From positions 1-41,666 of the IMG/VR virus record IMGVR_UViG_2526164631_000048: 41,666 nt of DNA. The stretch is one strand, 5' to 3'. The notes beneath the pieces are model-generated. The model saw nothing but the letters and a program-made list of their open reading frames with translations, was not told the origin of the DNA and searched no databases. Both the position numbers and the translations under genes were made by a program. Of this stretch, positions 8,380-16,517 are shown piece by piece. The stretch comes from a virus. Taxonomy: Duplodnaviria; Heunggongvirae; Uroviricota; Caudoviricetes. Each line of letters starts with the position of its first letter. Position 1 is the first letter of the stretch.

Positions 8380-8437
8380 GCCTGTGACATGTTTCTTTTA
8401 GATACATTATGTATCTCAAGGGTACATTGTCAAGTAT
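8380..8437 (-). promoter_or_regulatory. Candidate OL/pL region
   Basis: Palindrome GATACAttaTGTATC (8401..8415) and GGGTACA motif shared with the OR region; position left of cI terminator. Confidence 0.3.
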
Positions 8438-8460
8438 AAAAAAACCTGCCGAAGCAGGTT
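8438..8460 (-). terminator. Rho-independent terminator downstream of cI
   Basis: On minus strand: aacctgc-ttcg-gcaggtt followed by U7. Confidence 0.6.
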
Positions 8461-8471
8461 ATAAATATTGA

Positions 8472-9146
8472 TTAGGCCTTTATTTTGTATCTTCTTGGTT
8501 TTCCTGAGAAAATTACTGTACCAATTATAGAGCAATTACCGTTGATCTTAATGTAAGGTTCAGGCCAGTTTGGGTTTAATGCTTTGAGGTAACGCTGTGT
8601 TCCATCTTCTATCAACCGCTTAAAGGTGGTTTCGCCTGTATCGTGCATCAATGCAATAACGTCGTCACCGTGGCAGGCAGGGACTTCAGGATCTACAAAA
8701 ATCATGTCTCCCGGGCGGTACTCATCAATCATTGAATCACCAATCACCCGCAAGATATAAGTCATTTCGCCACAGGGTACAGGGCAGGGATAAGTTTCTG
8801 CTGTGCTCAAATCAACCTCAGAATAGCCAACTTCTTTCCATGCTCCGGCCTGTACCCATGATATGACAGGGACTAACGTTATTTGTTTGTTAGTAATTGA
8901 AACATCAGGTTTTTTTGTGATGTTTGTTGTCTGGTGTTCTTGATCAAGCCATCCGACAGGCAGGTCGAAACATTTTTCGATGTGCCGTGCCATGCTGTCA
9001 CCGATATTTTTAGTAGCACCATCTCCCATAAACCTGCTGGTCTGGGTTGGCTCGCGATCAATCATGGTGGCAAAGGAAGAATTCCCGCCAACACCATCTC
9101 TCAGTTTTCTGGCGTTAGACCGCCGGATGTCATGGACTGTTTTCAT
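8472..9146 (-). CDS. CI-like prophage repressor (HTH + LexA/S24 peptidase domain)
   Basis: 224 aa; C-terminal GDSM and K..D motifs of S24 self-cleaving repressors; divergent from cro-like gene. Confidence 0.8.
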   Translation of the reverse strand: MKTVHDIRRSNARKLRDGVGGNSSFATMIDREPTQTSRFMGDGATKNIGDSMARHIEKCFDLPVGWLDQEHQTTNITKKPDVSITNKQITLVPVISWVQAGAWKEVGYSEVDLSTAETYPCPVPCGEMTYILRVIGDSMIDEYRPGDMIFVDPEVPACHGDDVIALMHDTGETTFKRLIEDGTQRYLKALNPNWPEPYIKINGNCSIIGTVIFSGKPRRYKIKA

Positions 9147-9236
9147 AACGAAATTAAAACCTTTGTACCGATAGGGTACAAGTATCTTGAAGGTTCATCT
9201 CAATCATGTAATATGTATATCGGAGGTACATATTGT
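9147..9236. promoter_or_regulatory. Immunity-region operator/promoter (OR; pR and pRM candidates)
   Basis: Perfect palindrome TTGTACC-N5-GGTACAA at 9162..9180; candidate pR -35 TTGAAG / -10 TAATAT; GGAGG RBS before cro. Confidence 0.5.
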
Positions 9237-9437
9237 ATGAAAGCGTATTGGGACTCTTTAACCAAAGAACAGCAGGGCGAGTTGGCCGGAAAAGTTGGCT
9301 CAACACCAGGCTACTTACGGCTGGTTTTCAATGGTTATAAAAAAGCCAGTTTTGTGCTGGCTAAAAAACTTGAGCAATGCACGTCAGGTGCAATTACGAA
9401 ATATGACTTAAGACCGGATATCTATCCGAAAGATTAA
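9237..9437 (+). CDS. Cro-like HTH regulator (YdaS family)
   Basis: 66 aa; GGAGG RBS; ends ...LRPDIYPKD as in YdaS-type Cro proteins. Confidence 0.65.
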   Translation: MKAYWDSLTKEQQGELAGKVGSTPGYLRLVFNGYKKASFVLAKKLEQCTSGAITKYDLRPDIYPKD

Positions 9438-9468
9438 CAGAACACCTTCAATTTTTAACCACAGAACG

Positions 9469-10032
9469 ATGAGGCTAACCGTGGGTAAGCATCACTGGAA
9501 AGTAGAAAAACAGCCTGAGTGGTACGTGAAAGCTGTCAGAAAAACTATCGCGGCGTTGCCGGGGGGTTACGCTGAAGCTGCTGAGTGGCTGGATGTAACA
9601 GAGAACGCTTTATTCAACCGCCTTCGTGCAGATGGCGATCAGATTTTCCCGCTGGGATGGGCAATGATTTTACAGCGCGCGGCTGGCACTCACTACATTG
9701 CGGATGCTGTCGCACAGTCTGCTGGTGGGGTGTTTGTATCGCTTCCTGAAATTGAGGAAGTAGAGAACGCCGATATAAACCAGCGCCTGCTGGAAGTCAT
9801 CGAACAGATCGGGAGTTACTCAAAGCAGATTCGTTCGGCAATCGAAGATGGGGTAGCGGAGCCACACGAGCAGACAGCAATTAATGATGAGTTGTATCTG
9901 TCAATTTCGAAGCTCCAGGAGCATGCAGCACTGGTCTACAAAATCTTTTGCGCTCCAGAAAAGAGTGACGCCCGCGAGTGTGCAGCTCCGGGCGTCGTGG
10001 CGTTTTGTGTCTGTGGAGAAACTAACGCATGA
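9469..10032 (+). CDS. Hypothetical regulator at the CII position (possibly YdaT-like)
   Basis: 187 aa ORF directly after cro-like gene; family assignment uncertain. Confidence 0.4.
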   Translation: MRLTVGKHHWKVEKQPEWYVKAVRKTIAALPGGYAEAAEWLDVTENALFNRLRADGDQIFPLGWAMILQRAAGTHYIADAVAQSAGGVFVSLPEIEEVENADINQRLLEVIEQIGSYSKQIRSAIEDGVAEPHEQTAINDELYLSISKLQEHAALVYKIFCAPEKSDARECAAPGVVAFCVCGETNA

Positions 10033-10177
10033 ACAGTTTAACGGCAAATAACCGTTTGTCGCAACAGCTGGTGGTCAGCGTCGCTGAACACCTGTTGTTA
10101 CGGCATGAATGCAGATTACCAAATCACCTGGCTGTAAGTAACCACAGAGAACTTTACCTGACTGTGGGGGGCGAGTT

Positions 10178-10357
10178 GTGCAGGAACTTAACCGCTGGTT
10201 TCGTGACGGAAGAGGACTTTATGTTCATGTTATTCGTTGGGAGCCAGAAACACAGCGCGTTATCTATCTTCGCAAAGACTACCCGCATGAGTGCTTTAGT
10301 CCTTTGTGGAAATTCAGGCGTGATTTTGTTGAGTGTGAAGGACCACCAGCACATTGA
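10178..10357 (+). CDS. DUF4222-family small protein
   Basis: GTG start after G-rich RBS; WFRDGRGLYVHVIRWEPETQRVIY...ECFSPL pattern; sits in a different frame from the long ORF 10029..10865. Confidence 0.45.
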   Translation: MQELNRWFRDGRGLYVHVIRWEPETQRVIYLRKDYPHECFSPLWKFRRDFVECEGPPAH

Positions 10358-10631
10358 TTCTGCCATTCCGGGACGTTACACTGTTCAGGCACCTTATAAA
10401 GCGGGTGCCGGGATTGGCGTCCTGGAATTGATCAAGGCGATATATGACGCGCCAGCGTCTTTTTTATCGTCCGCATTTGCTCACATCAAAGTTATGGTGG
10501 GCTGGGCGGGGGCATCGAAAGATGCGCCGGTTTCCTTGATCACCGGTTACGCCAACCCCGTTCAGTTCACCACCAGCGAAATTGGCGTTTCCGGTGGTGG
10601 AAGTATTTCACCGATCAAGGAGGCTGCCATC

Positions 10632-10865
10632 ATGGCTACTGTCCCAGCCCTCACTCGTCTGAATGATGAAGACTTACATAAACTCAGTTATGTAACAACT
10701 GCACTACGTGCTCTGCGCAAGGTAACTCTTTCGGATCCCCAGGCGCATCAGGTTTTGGTAGAAACCCTTCTTAACTTGCAGGCTGAACGTATTCGTCTGG
10801 CGGATAAGGCTAATTTTCATATTCACCGTCTCCTGAATATCAGCGGAGGGCATCGTCATGCTTAA
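10632..10865 (+). CDS. Small hypothetical protein (77 aa)
   Basis: Strong AAGGAGG RBS 8 nt before ATG; stop overlaps next start (ATGCTTAA). Confidence 0.4.
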   Translation: MATVPALTRLNDEDLHKLSYVTTALRALRKVTLSDPQAHQVLVETLLNLQAERIRLADKANFHIHRLLNISGGHRHA

Positions 10866-11094
10866 TCCGTTGAGCCTCAATATTCGCCGTTTACTTCAGC
10901 GTAAAAAAACATCAATTCCTACAGTTGGGCAGTGGTACACCACGCCTGCAGGGCATGTTCTACGTGTTAGCCTGGTTGACCGTGAATGCCAGAAGGTGAT
11001 TTGTGAACCGCTGGGCCGTAATTACCGCGTCAGTATGCCGCTTATAGCCTTTCGCTCCGGAAAAAACATGAAGCATCTCGGAGGTGCAGCATGA
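10858..11094 (+). CDS. DUF4222-like small protein (paralog)
   Basis: WY..P.GHVLRVSLVDRECQKVICEPLGRNYRVSMPL pattern similar to 10178..10357. Confidence 0.45.
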   Translation: MLNPLSLNIRRLLQRKKTSIPTVGQWYTTPAGHVLRVSLVDRECQKVICEPLGRNYRVSMPLIAFRSGKNMKHLGGAA

Positions 11095-11909
11095 GTATGG
11101 AGCTGATGGTTAAAGCGATGAAAATTCGAGTGGGTAATCCATTGCGAAAACTGGTTCTGATCAAGCTGGCTGATAATGCCAGCGATCAGGGTGAGTGCTG
11201 GCCCAGCTATCAGCATATCGCTGATCAGTGCGAGATTAGCAAACGTTCTGTGATGAATCATATTGCGGCCCTCTGTGAGTCCGGGCTGGTAAAAAAAGTC
11301 ACCCGGAAAGGTGAAAAAGGTAACTCAAGTAATATCTATCTCCTTCATCTGGATGGTGCAGGAGATTCACTAGGGGGTAGTGCAAATAATTCACTATCTG
11401 GTGCAGCAAATTCACCAGGTAGTGCAGGAGTTGCACCAGGGGGTAGTGCAGGAGATTCACCCAGAACCAGTCACTCTTTTGAACCAGTCAAAGAACCAGT
11501 CAATGAACCAATAGCTGTTGGTGCATCAGTTGATGAGTCCGTGCGAGTTCGTTCAAACCGACCGGAATACTCTCCGGAGTTTGAGCAGGCATGGCTGGCA
11601 TATCCCAAACGTGCTGGTGGCAATTCAAAATCTGCAGCCTTCAAAGCCTGGAAAGCCCGTTTGAACGAGGGGGTAAACCCCGAAACCATGCTGGAAGGTG
11701 TGAAACGCTACGCGGGCTGGGTATCTGCGATGGGTAACAGCGGCACACAATTTGTGAAACAGGCTGTCACGTTCTTTGGTCCGGATCGTCATTTCGAAGA
11801 ATCCTGGGAAGTTCCTGCGATATCTGCAGCCAGACGCGAGGACCCGTACTTCAAAGCCAGTTACGACAACGTGGACTACAGCCAGATCCCGGCAGGATTC
11901 AGGGGGTGA
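11091..11909 (+). CDS. Replication initiator (O-like; N-terminal winged-helix DNA-binding domain)
   Basis: N-terminal LVLIKLADNASDQGECWPSYQHIADQCEISKRSVMNHIAALCESGLV; internal Gly/Ser/Ala linker encoded by iteron-like repeats. Confidence 0.65.
   Translation: MSMELMVKAMKIRVGNPLRKLVLIKLADNASDQGECWPSYQHIADQCEISKRSVMNHIAALCESGLVKKVTRKGEKGNSSNIYLLHLDGAGDSLGGSANNSLSGAANSPGSAGVAPGGSAGDSPRTSHSFEPVKEPVNEPIAVGASVDESVRVRSNRPEYSPEFEQAWLAYPKRAGGNSKSAAFKAWKARLNEGVNPETMLEGVKRYAGWVSAMGNSGTQFVKQAVTFFGPDRHFEESWEVPAISAARREDPYFKASYDNVDYSQIPAGFRG
11355..11515 (+). repeat. Iteron-like tandem repeats inside the initiator gene (candidate ori)
   Basis: Five imperfect ~20-bp repeats (ggtagtgcaggagattcac-like), then 3 perfect GAACCAGTCA 10-mers plus one degenerate copy. 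Confidence 0.55.
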
Positions 11910-12400
11910 TCATGAGTCTTTTGAATGAAGTTCAGAAATTCATTGAAGCCCATCCGGGGTGTACTTCCGGAGACATTGCGGATGCTTTTGCAGGTTACTC
12001 ACGGCAGCGCGTTCTGCAGTCAGCAAGCAAGTTACGTCAGAGTGGGCGTGTGGCTCACCGTTGTGAAGGAGATACACGCAGACATTTCCCACGCCTGACT
12101 GAGAGAGCGCAGGAGCCGGAACTACAACCAGTTCGTGAAACCAGACCTGTGCGCAATTTCTATGTCGGCACTAACGATCCCCGGGTGATTTTGTGCCTGA
12201 CCCGCCAGGCGGAAGAACTGGAGTCCAGGGGCCTATACCGTCGTGCTGCAACGGTGTGGATGGCGGCATTCCGTGAAAGCCACTCCCAGCCAGAACGAAA
12301 CAATTTTCTGGCGCGTCGTGAGCAGTGTTTACGGAAAAGCAGCAAGCGCGCTGTATCGGGTGATGAGTGGTATCTGTCAGGGAATTACGTGGGGGCTTAA
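11906..12400 (+). CDS. PerC-family transcriptional regulator-like protein
   Basis: C-terminal LESRGLYRRAATVWMAAF...RREQCL resembles PerC domain. Confidence 0.5.
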   Translation: MIMSLLNEVQKFIEAHPGCTSGDIADAFAGYSRQRVLQSASKLRQSGRVAHRCEGDTRRHFPRLTERAQEPELQPVRETRPVRNFYVGTNDPRVILCLTRQAEELESRGLYRRAATVWMAAFRESHSQPERNNFLARREQCLRKSSKRAVSGDEWYLSGNYVGA

Positions 12401-13053
12401 TGAGTAATAAATATTGCCAGGAGCTGGTGGAACTGCGGAACAAACCAGCCCATGAACTGAAGGAAGTGGGTGATCAGTGGCGCACGCCGGACAACATTTT
12501 CTGGGGAATTAACACCCTGTTTGGCCCGTTTGTTCTGGATCTGTTCACTGACGGTGATAACGCCAAATGTGCCGCGTATTACACGGCGGAAGACAACGCG
12601 CTGGCGCATGACTGGTCAGAACGCCTTGTGGAGCTTAAAGGTGCTGCCTTTGGTAATCCTCCATACAGCCGCGCCAGTCAGCATGAGGGGCAATACATCA
12701 CCGGCATGCGTTACATCATGAAACATGCCAGTGCCATGCGTGATAAGGGCGGGCGCTATGTTTTCCTGATCAAAGCTGCCACCAGCGAAGTGTGGTGGCC
12801 GGAAGATGCGGACCATATTGCTTTTATTCGCGGGCGTATTGGTTTTGAACTGCCTGCCTGGTTTATCCCGAAGGATGAGAAGCAGGTGCCGACAGGCGCT
12901 TTCTTCGCTGGTGCTATTGCTGTTTTTGACAAGACCTGGAAGGGACCGGCAATCAGCTACATCGGGCGCGATGAACTTGAGGCATGTGGTGAGGCCTTTC
13001 TGGCGCAGGTTCGCCAGCAGGCAGAAAAACTGGTCAGGGAGATGGTGGCATGA
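12400..13053 (+). CDS. Phage DNA N6-adenine methyltransferase (Dam-like)
   Basis: NPPY catalytic motif (FGNPPYSR); TAATG overlap with upstream gene. Confidence 0.7.
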   Translation: MSNKYCQELVELRNKPAHELKEVGDQWRTPDNIFWGINTLFGPFVLDLFTDGDNAKCAAYYTAEDNALAHDWSERLVELKGAAFGNPPYSRASQHEGQYITGMRYIMKHASAMRDKGGRYVFLIKAATSEVWWPEDADHIAFIRGRIGFELPAWFIPKDEKQVPTGAFFAGAIAVFDKTWKGPAISYIGRDELEACGEAFLAQVRQQAEKLVREMVA

Positions 13054-13439
13054 AGCTGATCCTGCCTTTCCCGCCCAGCGTGAACACGTACTGGCGACAC
13101 CCCAACAAAGGGGCATTTGCTGGTAAGAGCCTGATAAGCGCGGCGGGGCGCAAATTCCAGAGCGCGGCGTGTGCAGCAATAGTTGAGCAGTTACGTCGTC
13201 TGCCAAAACCAACGTCGGCACCTGCTTCAGTGGAGATCGTGTTGTTTCCTCCGGATAACCGGATCCGCGATCTGGACAACTATAACAAGGCGCTGTTTGA
13301 CGCCCTGACCCACGCGGGTGTGTGGGAAGACGACAGTCAGGTGAAAAGAATGCTGGTTGAGTGGGGACCGGTTATCCCGGGAGGGAAGGTCGAGATCACT
13401 ATCAGTAAGTACGAGAAAACGGCGGGTGCAGCCGCCTGA
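13050..13439 (+). CDS. rusA: Holliday junction resolvase RusA
   Basis: 129 aa; PPSVNTYWRH, RDLDN, KALFDALT, VKRMLVEW motifs match RusA. Confidence 0.8.
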   Translation: MKLILPFPPSVNTYWRHPNKGAFAGKSLISAAGRKFQSAACAAIVEQLRRLPKPTSAPASVEIVLFPPDNRIRDLDNYNKALFDALTHAGVWEDDSQVKRMLVEWGPVIPGGKVEITISKYEKTAGAAA

Positions 13440-13458
13440 TTAAGAGGAGAAACGAAGT

Positions 13459-14268
13459 ATGAATAATCTGATGGTCATTGATGGTATTGAAGTTCGTCGT
13501 GATGCTTATGGGCGTTACAGCCTGAACGATCTGCATCGCGCAGCAGTAGCATCTGGTGCAAATGCCAGAACCAAGGAGCCGGGAAAGTTTCTTTCCAGCC
13601 AACAAACTGTTGAGCTTGTTCATGAATTGACCAACACCCAGAATTTGGGTGTTGACCCGGTGAGTGTGATTCATGGGGGAAATGAACGGGGAACGTATGT
13701 CTGCAAGGAACTGGTGTATGCCTATGCAATGTGGATCAGCCCGTCATTCCATCTGAAGGTGATCCGTACTTTCGATATGGTAACCAGCGCACCGGAAAAA
13801 TTATCCGGACAGGCTGCTGACAAGATGCAGGCTGGTGTGATCCTGCTGGACTTTATGCGCCGGGAGTTAAACCTGTCTAACTCTTCAGTGCTTGGTGCCT
13901 GTCAGAAACTCCAGGAGGCTGTTGGCTTACCGAATCTGGCACCGCGCTATGCCATTGATGCTCCTGCTGATGCACACGATGGCTCAAGTCGCCCGACACT
14001 GTCACTGAGTGCACTGCTGAAACAGTATGGTATACGCCTGACGGCTAATCAGGCATATCACCAGATGGTGAAGCTGGGGATCGTCGAGCAGCGCGAACGA
14101 TACAGCCGTACCGCGATTAACAACATCAAAAAATTCTGGTCGCTGACAGCGAAAGGCTGCATGTTCGGCAAGAACATCACCAGTCCTGCAAATCCGCGCG
14201 AGACGCAGCCGCATTTCTTCGAATCCCGATTCCCTGAGCTGTTAAAGCTGCTCGATACCGTTCATTGA
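13459..14268 (+). CDS. KilA-N domain protein
   Basis: N-terminal IDGIEVRRDAYGRYSLNDLHRAAVASG; AGGAG RBS. Confidence 0.65.
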   Translation: MNNLMVIDGIEVRRDAYGRYSLNDLHRAAVASGANARTKEPGKFLSSQQTVELVHELTNTQNLGVDPVSVIHGGNERGTYVCKELVYAYAMWISPSFHLKVIRTFDMVTSAPEKLSGQAADKMQAGVILLDFMRRELNLSNSSVLGACQKLQEAVGLPNLAPRYAIDAPADAHDGSSRPTLSLSALLKQYGIRLTANQAYHQMVKLGIVEQRERYSRTAINNIKKFWSLTAKGCMFGKNITSPANPRETQPHFFESRFPELLKLLDTVH

Positions 14269-14269
14269 G

Positions 14270-15265
14270 GTGACCGTGAGAGCACTACTGACCCCTGAAA
14301 TTGCCCCGCGTATGGGGATCGTATTGTTCAGACCAGGTTCAGAGCTGATGCCCCTGTTTATGCAGGGGCGTGTCCTGCTGGAGCCTGAGCCGGAACGTTA
14401 TTCATCTTTCGCCAGTGGTGCCGTACCGGCGGCATCACAACCGCTGGCAGATGATCCTGCCGTTCGGGCCGTGTTCCGCAATGAGGCAGTGATCCGTCGT
14501 GCTGGTGGCGTGGAATGTCTTGAAAGCTGGTTACTTCGTGAAAAAGGCTGCCAGTGGCCTCATTCCGACTGGCACAGCGAGAACATGACAACAATGCGAC
14601 ACGCGCCGGGCGCAATCCGTCTGTGCTGGCACTGCGATAACCAGCTGCGCGATCAGTTCACGGAACGGCTGGAATCAATGGCAACGGATAACTGTGCCCG
14701 CTGGGTGTTGTCTGTTGTGCGTCGGGATCTCGGTTTTGATGACAGTCACGTTGTGACAATGCCGGAACTGTGCTGGTGGCTGGTTCGTAATGATCTGGCG
14801 GATGCCTTACCGGAAAGCGCAGCCCGTAAGGCACTGAGATTACCGAATCCTGTTGTGCCGTCTGTCACCCGGGAAAGTGACCTTGTGCCTTCGGTTCCTG
14901 CCACCAGCATCATCCAGGATAAGGCGAAAAAGGTGCTGGCGCTGAAAGTGGATCCGGAGTCGCCGGAGTCTTTTATGTTACGCCCAAAACGTCGCCGCTG
15001 GGTTAATGAAAAGTACACGCGCTGGGTTAAGACACAGCCGTGCGCATGTTGTGGAAAGCCTGCTGATGATCCTCACCACCTGATAGGCCACGGTCAGGGG
15101 GGAATGGGTACAAAAGCGCATGACCTCTTTGTGTTGCCTTTGTGCAGAAAGCATCACGACGAGCTGCATGCGGATACCGTGGCATTTGAAGAGAAGTATG
15201 GCTCCCAGCTGGAGCTGATATTTCGTTTTATCGATCGTGCGCTGGCAATAGGCGTACTGGCGTAA
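14270..15265 (+). CDS. DUF968-domain protein (YdfU-like)
   Basis: C-terminal PCACCGKP..DPHHL..HGQGGMGTKAHDLFVLPLCRKHHDELH motif. Confidence 0.65.
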   Translation: MTVRALLTPEIAPRMGIVLFRPGSELMPLFMQGRVLLEPEPERYSSFASGAVPAASQPLADDPAVRAVFRNEAVIRRAGGVECLESWLLREKGCQWPHSDWHSENMTTMRHAPGAIRLCWHCDNQLRDQFTERLESMATDNCARWVLSVVRRDLGFDDSHVVTMPELCWWLVRNDLADALPESAARKALRLPNPVVPSVTRESDLVPSVPATSIIQDKAKKVLALKVDPESPESFMLRPKRRRWVNEKYTRWVKTQPCACCGKPADDPHHLIGHGQGGMGTKAHDLFVLPLCRKHHDELHADTVAFEEKYGSQLELIFRFIDRALAIGVLA

Positions 15266-15278
15266 GTGGAGAACGAGC

Positions 15279-16031
15279 ATGAACCTTGAAGCCTTACCAA
15301 AATATTACTCCCCAAAATCTCCAAAACTGAGCGATGACGCACCGGCGACAGGCTCGGGTGGTTTAACGATTACGGATGTGATGGCTGCGCAGGGGATGGT
15401 GCAGTCGAAAGCACCGCTTGGATTTGCCTTATTCCTGGCAAAAGTTGGTGTTCAGGATCCTCAGTTTGCGATTGAAGGTCTGCTCAATTACGCGATGGCA
15501 CTGGATAATCCGACATTGAATAAATTGAGTGAAGAAACCCGGTTACAGCTCATCCCTTACCTTGTGAATTTTGCCTTTGCTGATTATTCCAGGTCTGCGG
15601 CAAGTAAGGCTCGCTGTGAGCATTGTGCTGGTACTGGATTTCATAATGTATTGCGCGAAGTGGTGAAACACTCCAGAAGCGGGGAATCTGTTATCAAGGA
15701 AGAGTGGGTGAAGGAACTATGTCAGCATTGTCATGGTAAGGGAGAAGTCAGCACAGCGTGCAGAGGGTGTAAGGGTAAAGGTATTGTCCTGGATGAAAAA
15801 AGAACCCGGCTTCATGGCACGCCTGTTTATAAGATTTGTGGGCGTTGCAATGGAAACCGGTTTAGCCGTTTGCCAACCACACTGGCGCGGCATCATGTCC
15901 AGAAGCTGGTACCAGACCTGACGGATTATCAGTGGTACAAAGGATATGCAGATGTCATTGATAAACTGGTGACAAAGTGCTGGCAGGAAGAAGCATATGC
16001 TGAGGCGCAATTAAGAAAAGTGACGAGATAA
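15279..16031 (+). CDS. Late-gene antitermination protein Q
   Basis: 250 aa; Cys-rich zinc-binding motifs (CEHCAGTG, CQHCHGKG, CRGCKGKG, CGRCNG); placed just before lysis genes. Confidence 0.7.
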   Translation: MNLEALPKYYSPKSPKLSDDAPATGSGGLTITDVMAAQGMVQSKAPLGFALFLAKVGVQDPQFAIEGLLNYAMALDNPTLNKLSEETRLQLIPYLVNFAFADYSRSAASKARCEHCAGTGFHNVLREVVKHSRSGESVIKEEWVKELCQHCHGKGEVSTACRGCKGKGIVLDEKRTRLHGTPVYKICGRCNGNRFSRLPTTLARHHVQKLVPDLTDYQWYKGYADVIDKLVTKCWQEEAYAEAQLRKVTR

Positions 16032-16062
16032 ATGATTTTCGCCGAAGATGGCGACATGATTC

Positions 16063-16091
16063 TTGCATTTTTCAATAAATCTGGTTAGGAT
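16063..16091 (+). promoter_or_regulatory. Candidate late promoter PR' (-35 TTGCAT, 17-bp spacer, -10 TAGGAT)
   Basis: Sigma70-like hexamers directly downstream of Q; palindrome TTAGGAttcTCCTAA overlaps the -10. Confidence 0.35.
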
Positions 16092-16142
16092 TCTCCTAAC
16101 GATGGGCTTTGCATGTCTGCCGTTAACGAAATCATAACAAAC

Positions 16143-16164
16143 CTCGCTTCGGCGGGGTTTTTGC
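16143..16164 (+). terminator. Candidate tR' terminator (CUCGC-UUCG-GCGGG + U5)
   Basis: Hairpin with UUCG tetraloop and one G-U pair, then TTTTT. Confidence 0.5.
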
Positions 16165-16222
16165 TTTTCTGGAGGTCAATAATGCAGGGCGAAAAGCAGC
16201 AGCCATATTTTTTAACCCTGGT

Positions 16223-16426
16223 ATGACTGTTGAACAGCTTGAAGACTGGCTGGAGCAGCAAAAGCTTCATCTAAGCCGCTATAACCGTCTGGTAAAAGAA
16301 AAAGCAGAGCTTGAAGAACGGCTCAGTGATATTTCTGTGGAAATTGAACGAATGTCTGCTGGTGGTTTTAACGGAAAGTTGAGTTTCCCTTGGGAGTCAA
16401 GTTCGCTTCTGAGAAATCATCAATAG
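16223..16426 (+). CDS. Hypothetical small coiled-coil protein (67 aa)
   Basis: ORF between the late terminator and holin; no clear RBS. Confidence 0.25.
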   Translation: MTVEQLEDWLEQQKLHLSRYNRLVKEKAELEERLSDISVEIERMSAGGFNGKLSFPWESSSLLRNHQ

Positions 16427-16517
16427 GGTAGTATTTGACTGAAATAATAAACAGACTGTCATTAAGATCCCTTCCCCTCATATCTGAGAGGACCAACAGC
16501 AATTAAGAGGGGGCTAA

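Noticed and set aside
10029-10865. 278-aa ORF spanning the region after the CII-position gene
   Set aside because: Overlaps a convincing DUF4222-like frame and its middle part reads poorly. Probably a composite of unrelated frames; only the 3' part (10632..10865, strong RBS) is kept.
11355-11515. Possible CRISPR array, given short tandem repeats
   Set aside because: Repeats are ~10-21 bp, imperfect, lack uniform spacers and lie inside a coding sequence. Iterons or linker-coding repeats fit better.
12616-13221. 201-aa minus-strand ORF antisense to the methyltransferase and rusA
   Set aside because: Antisense to two well-supported genes with clear catalytic motifs; Cys/Arg-rich composition typical of shadow ORFs.
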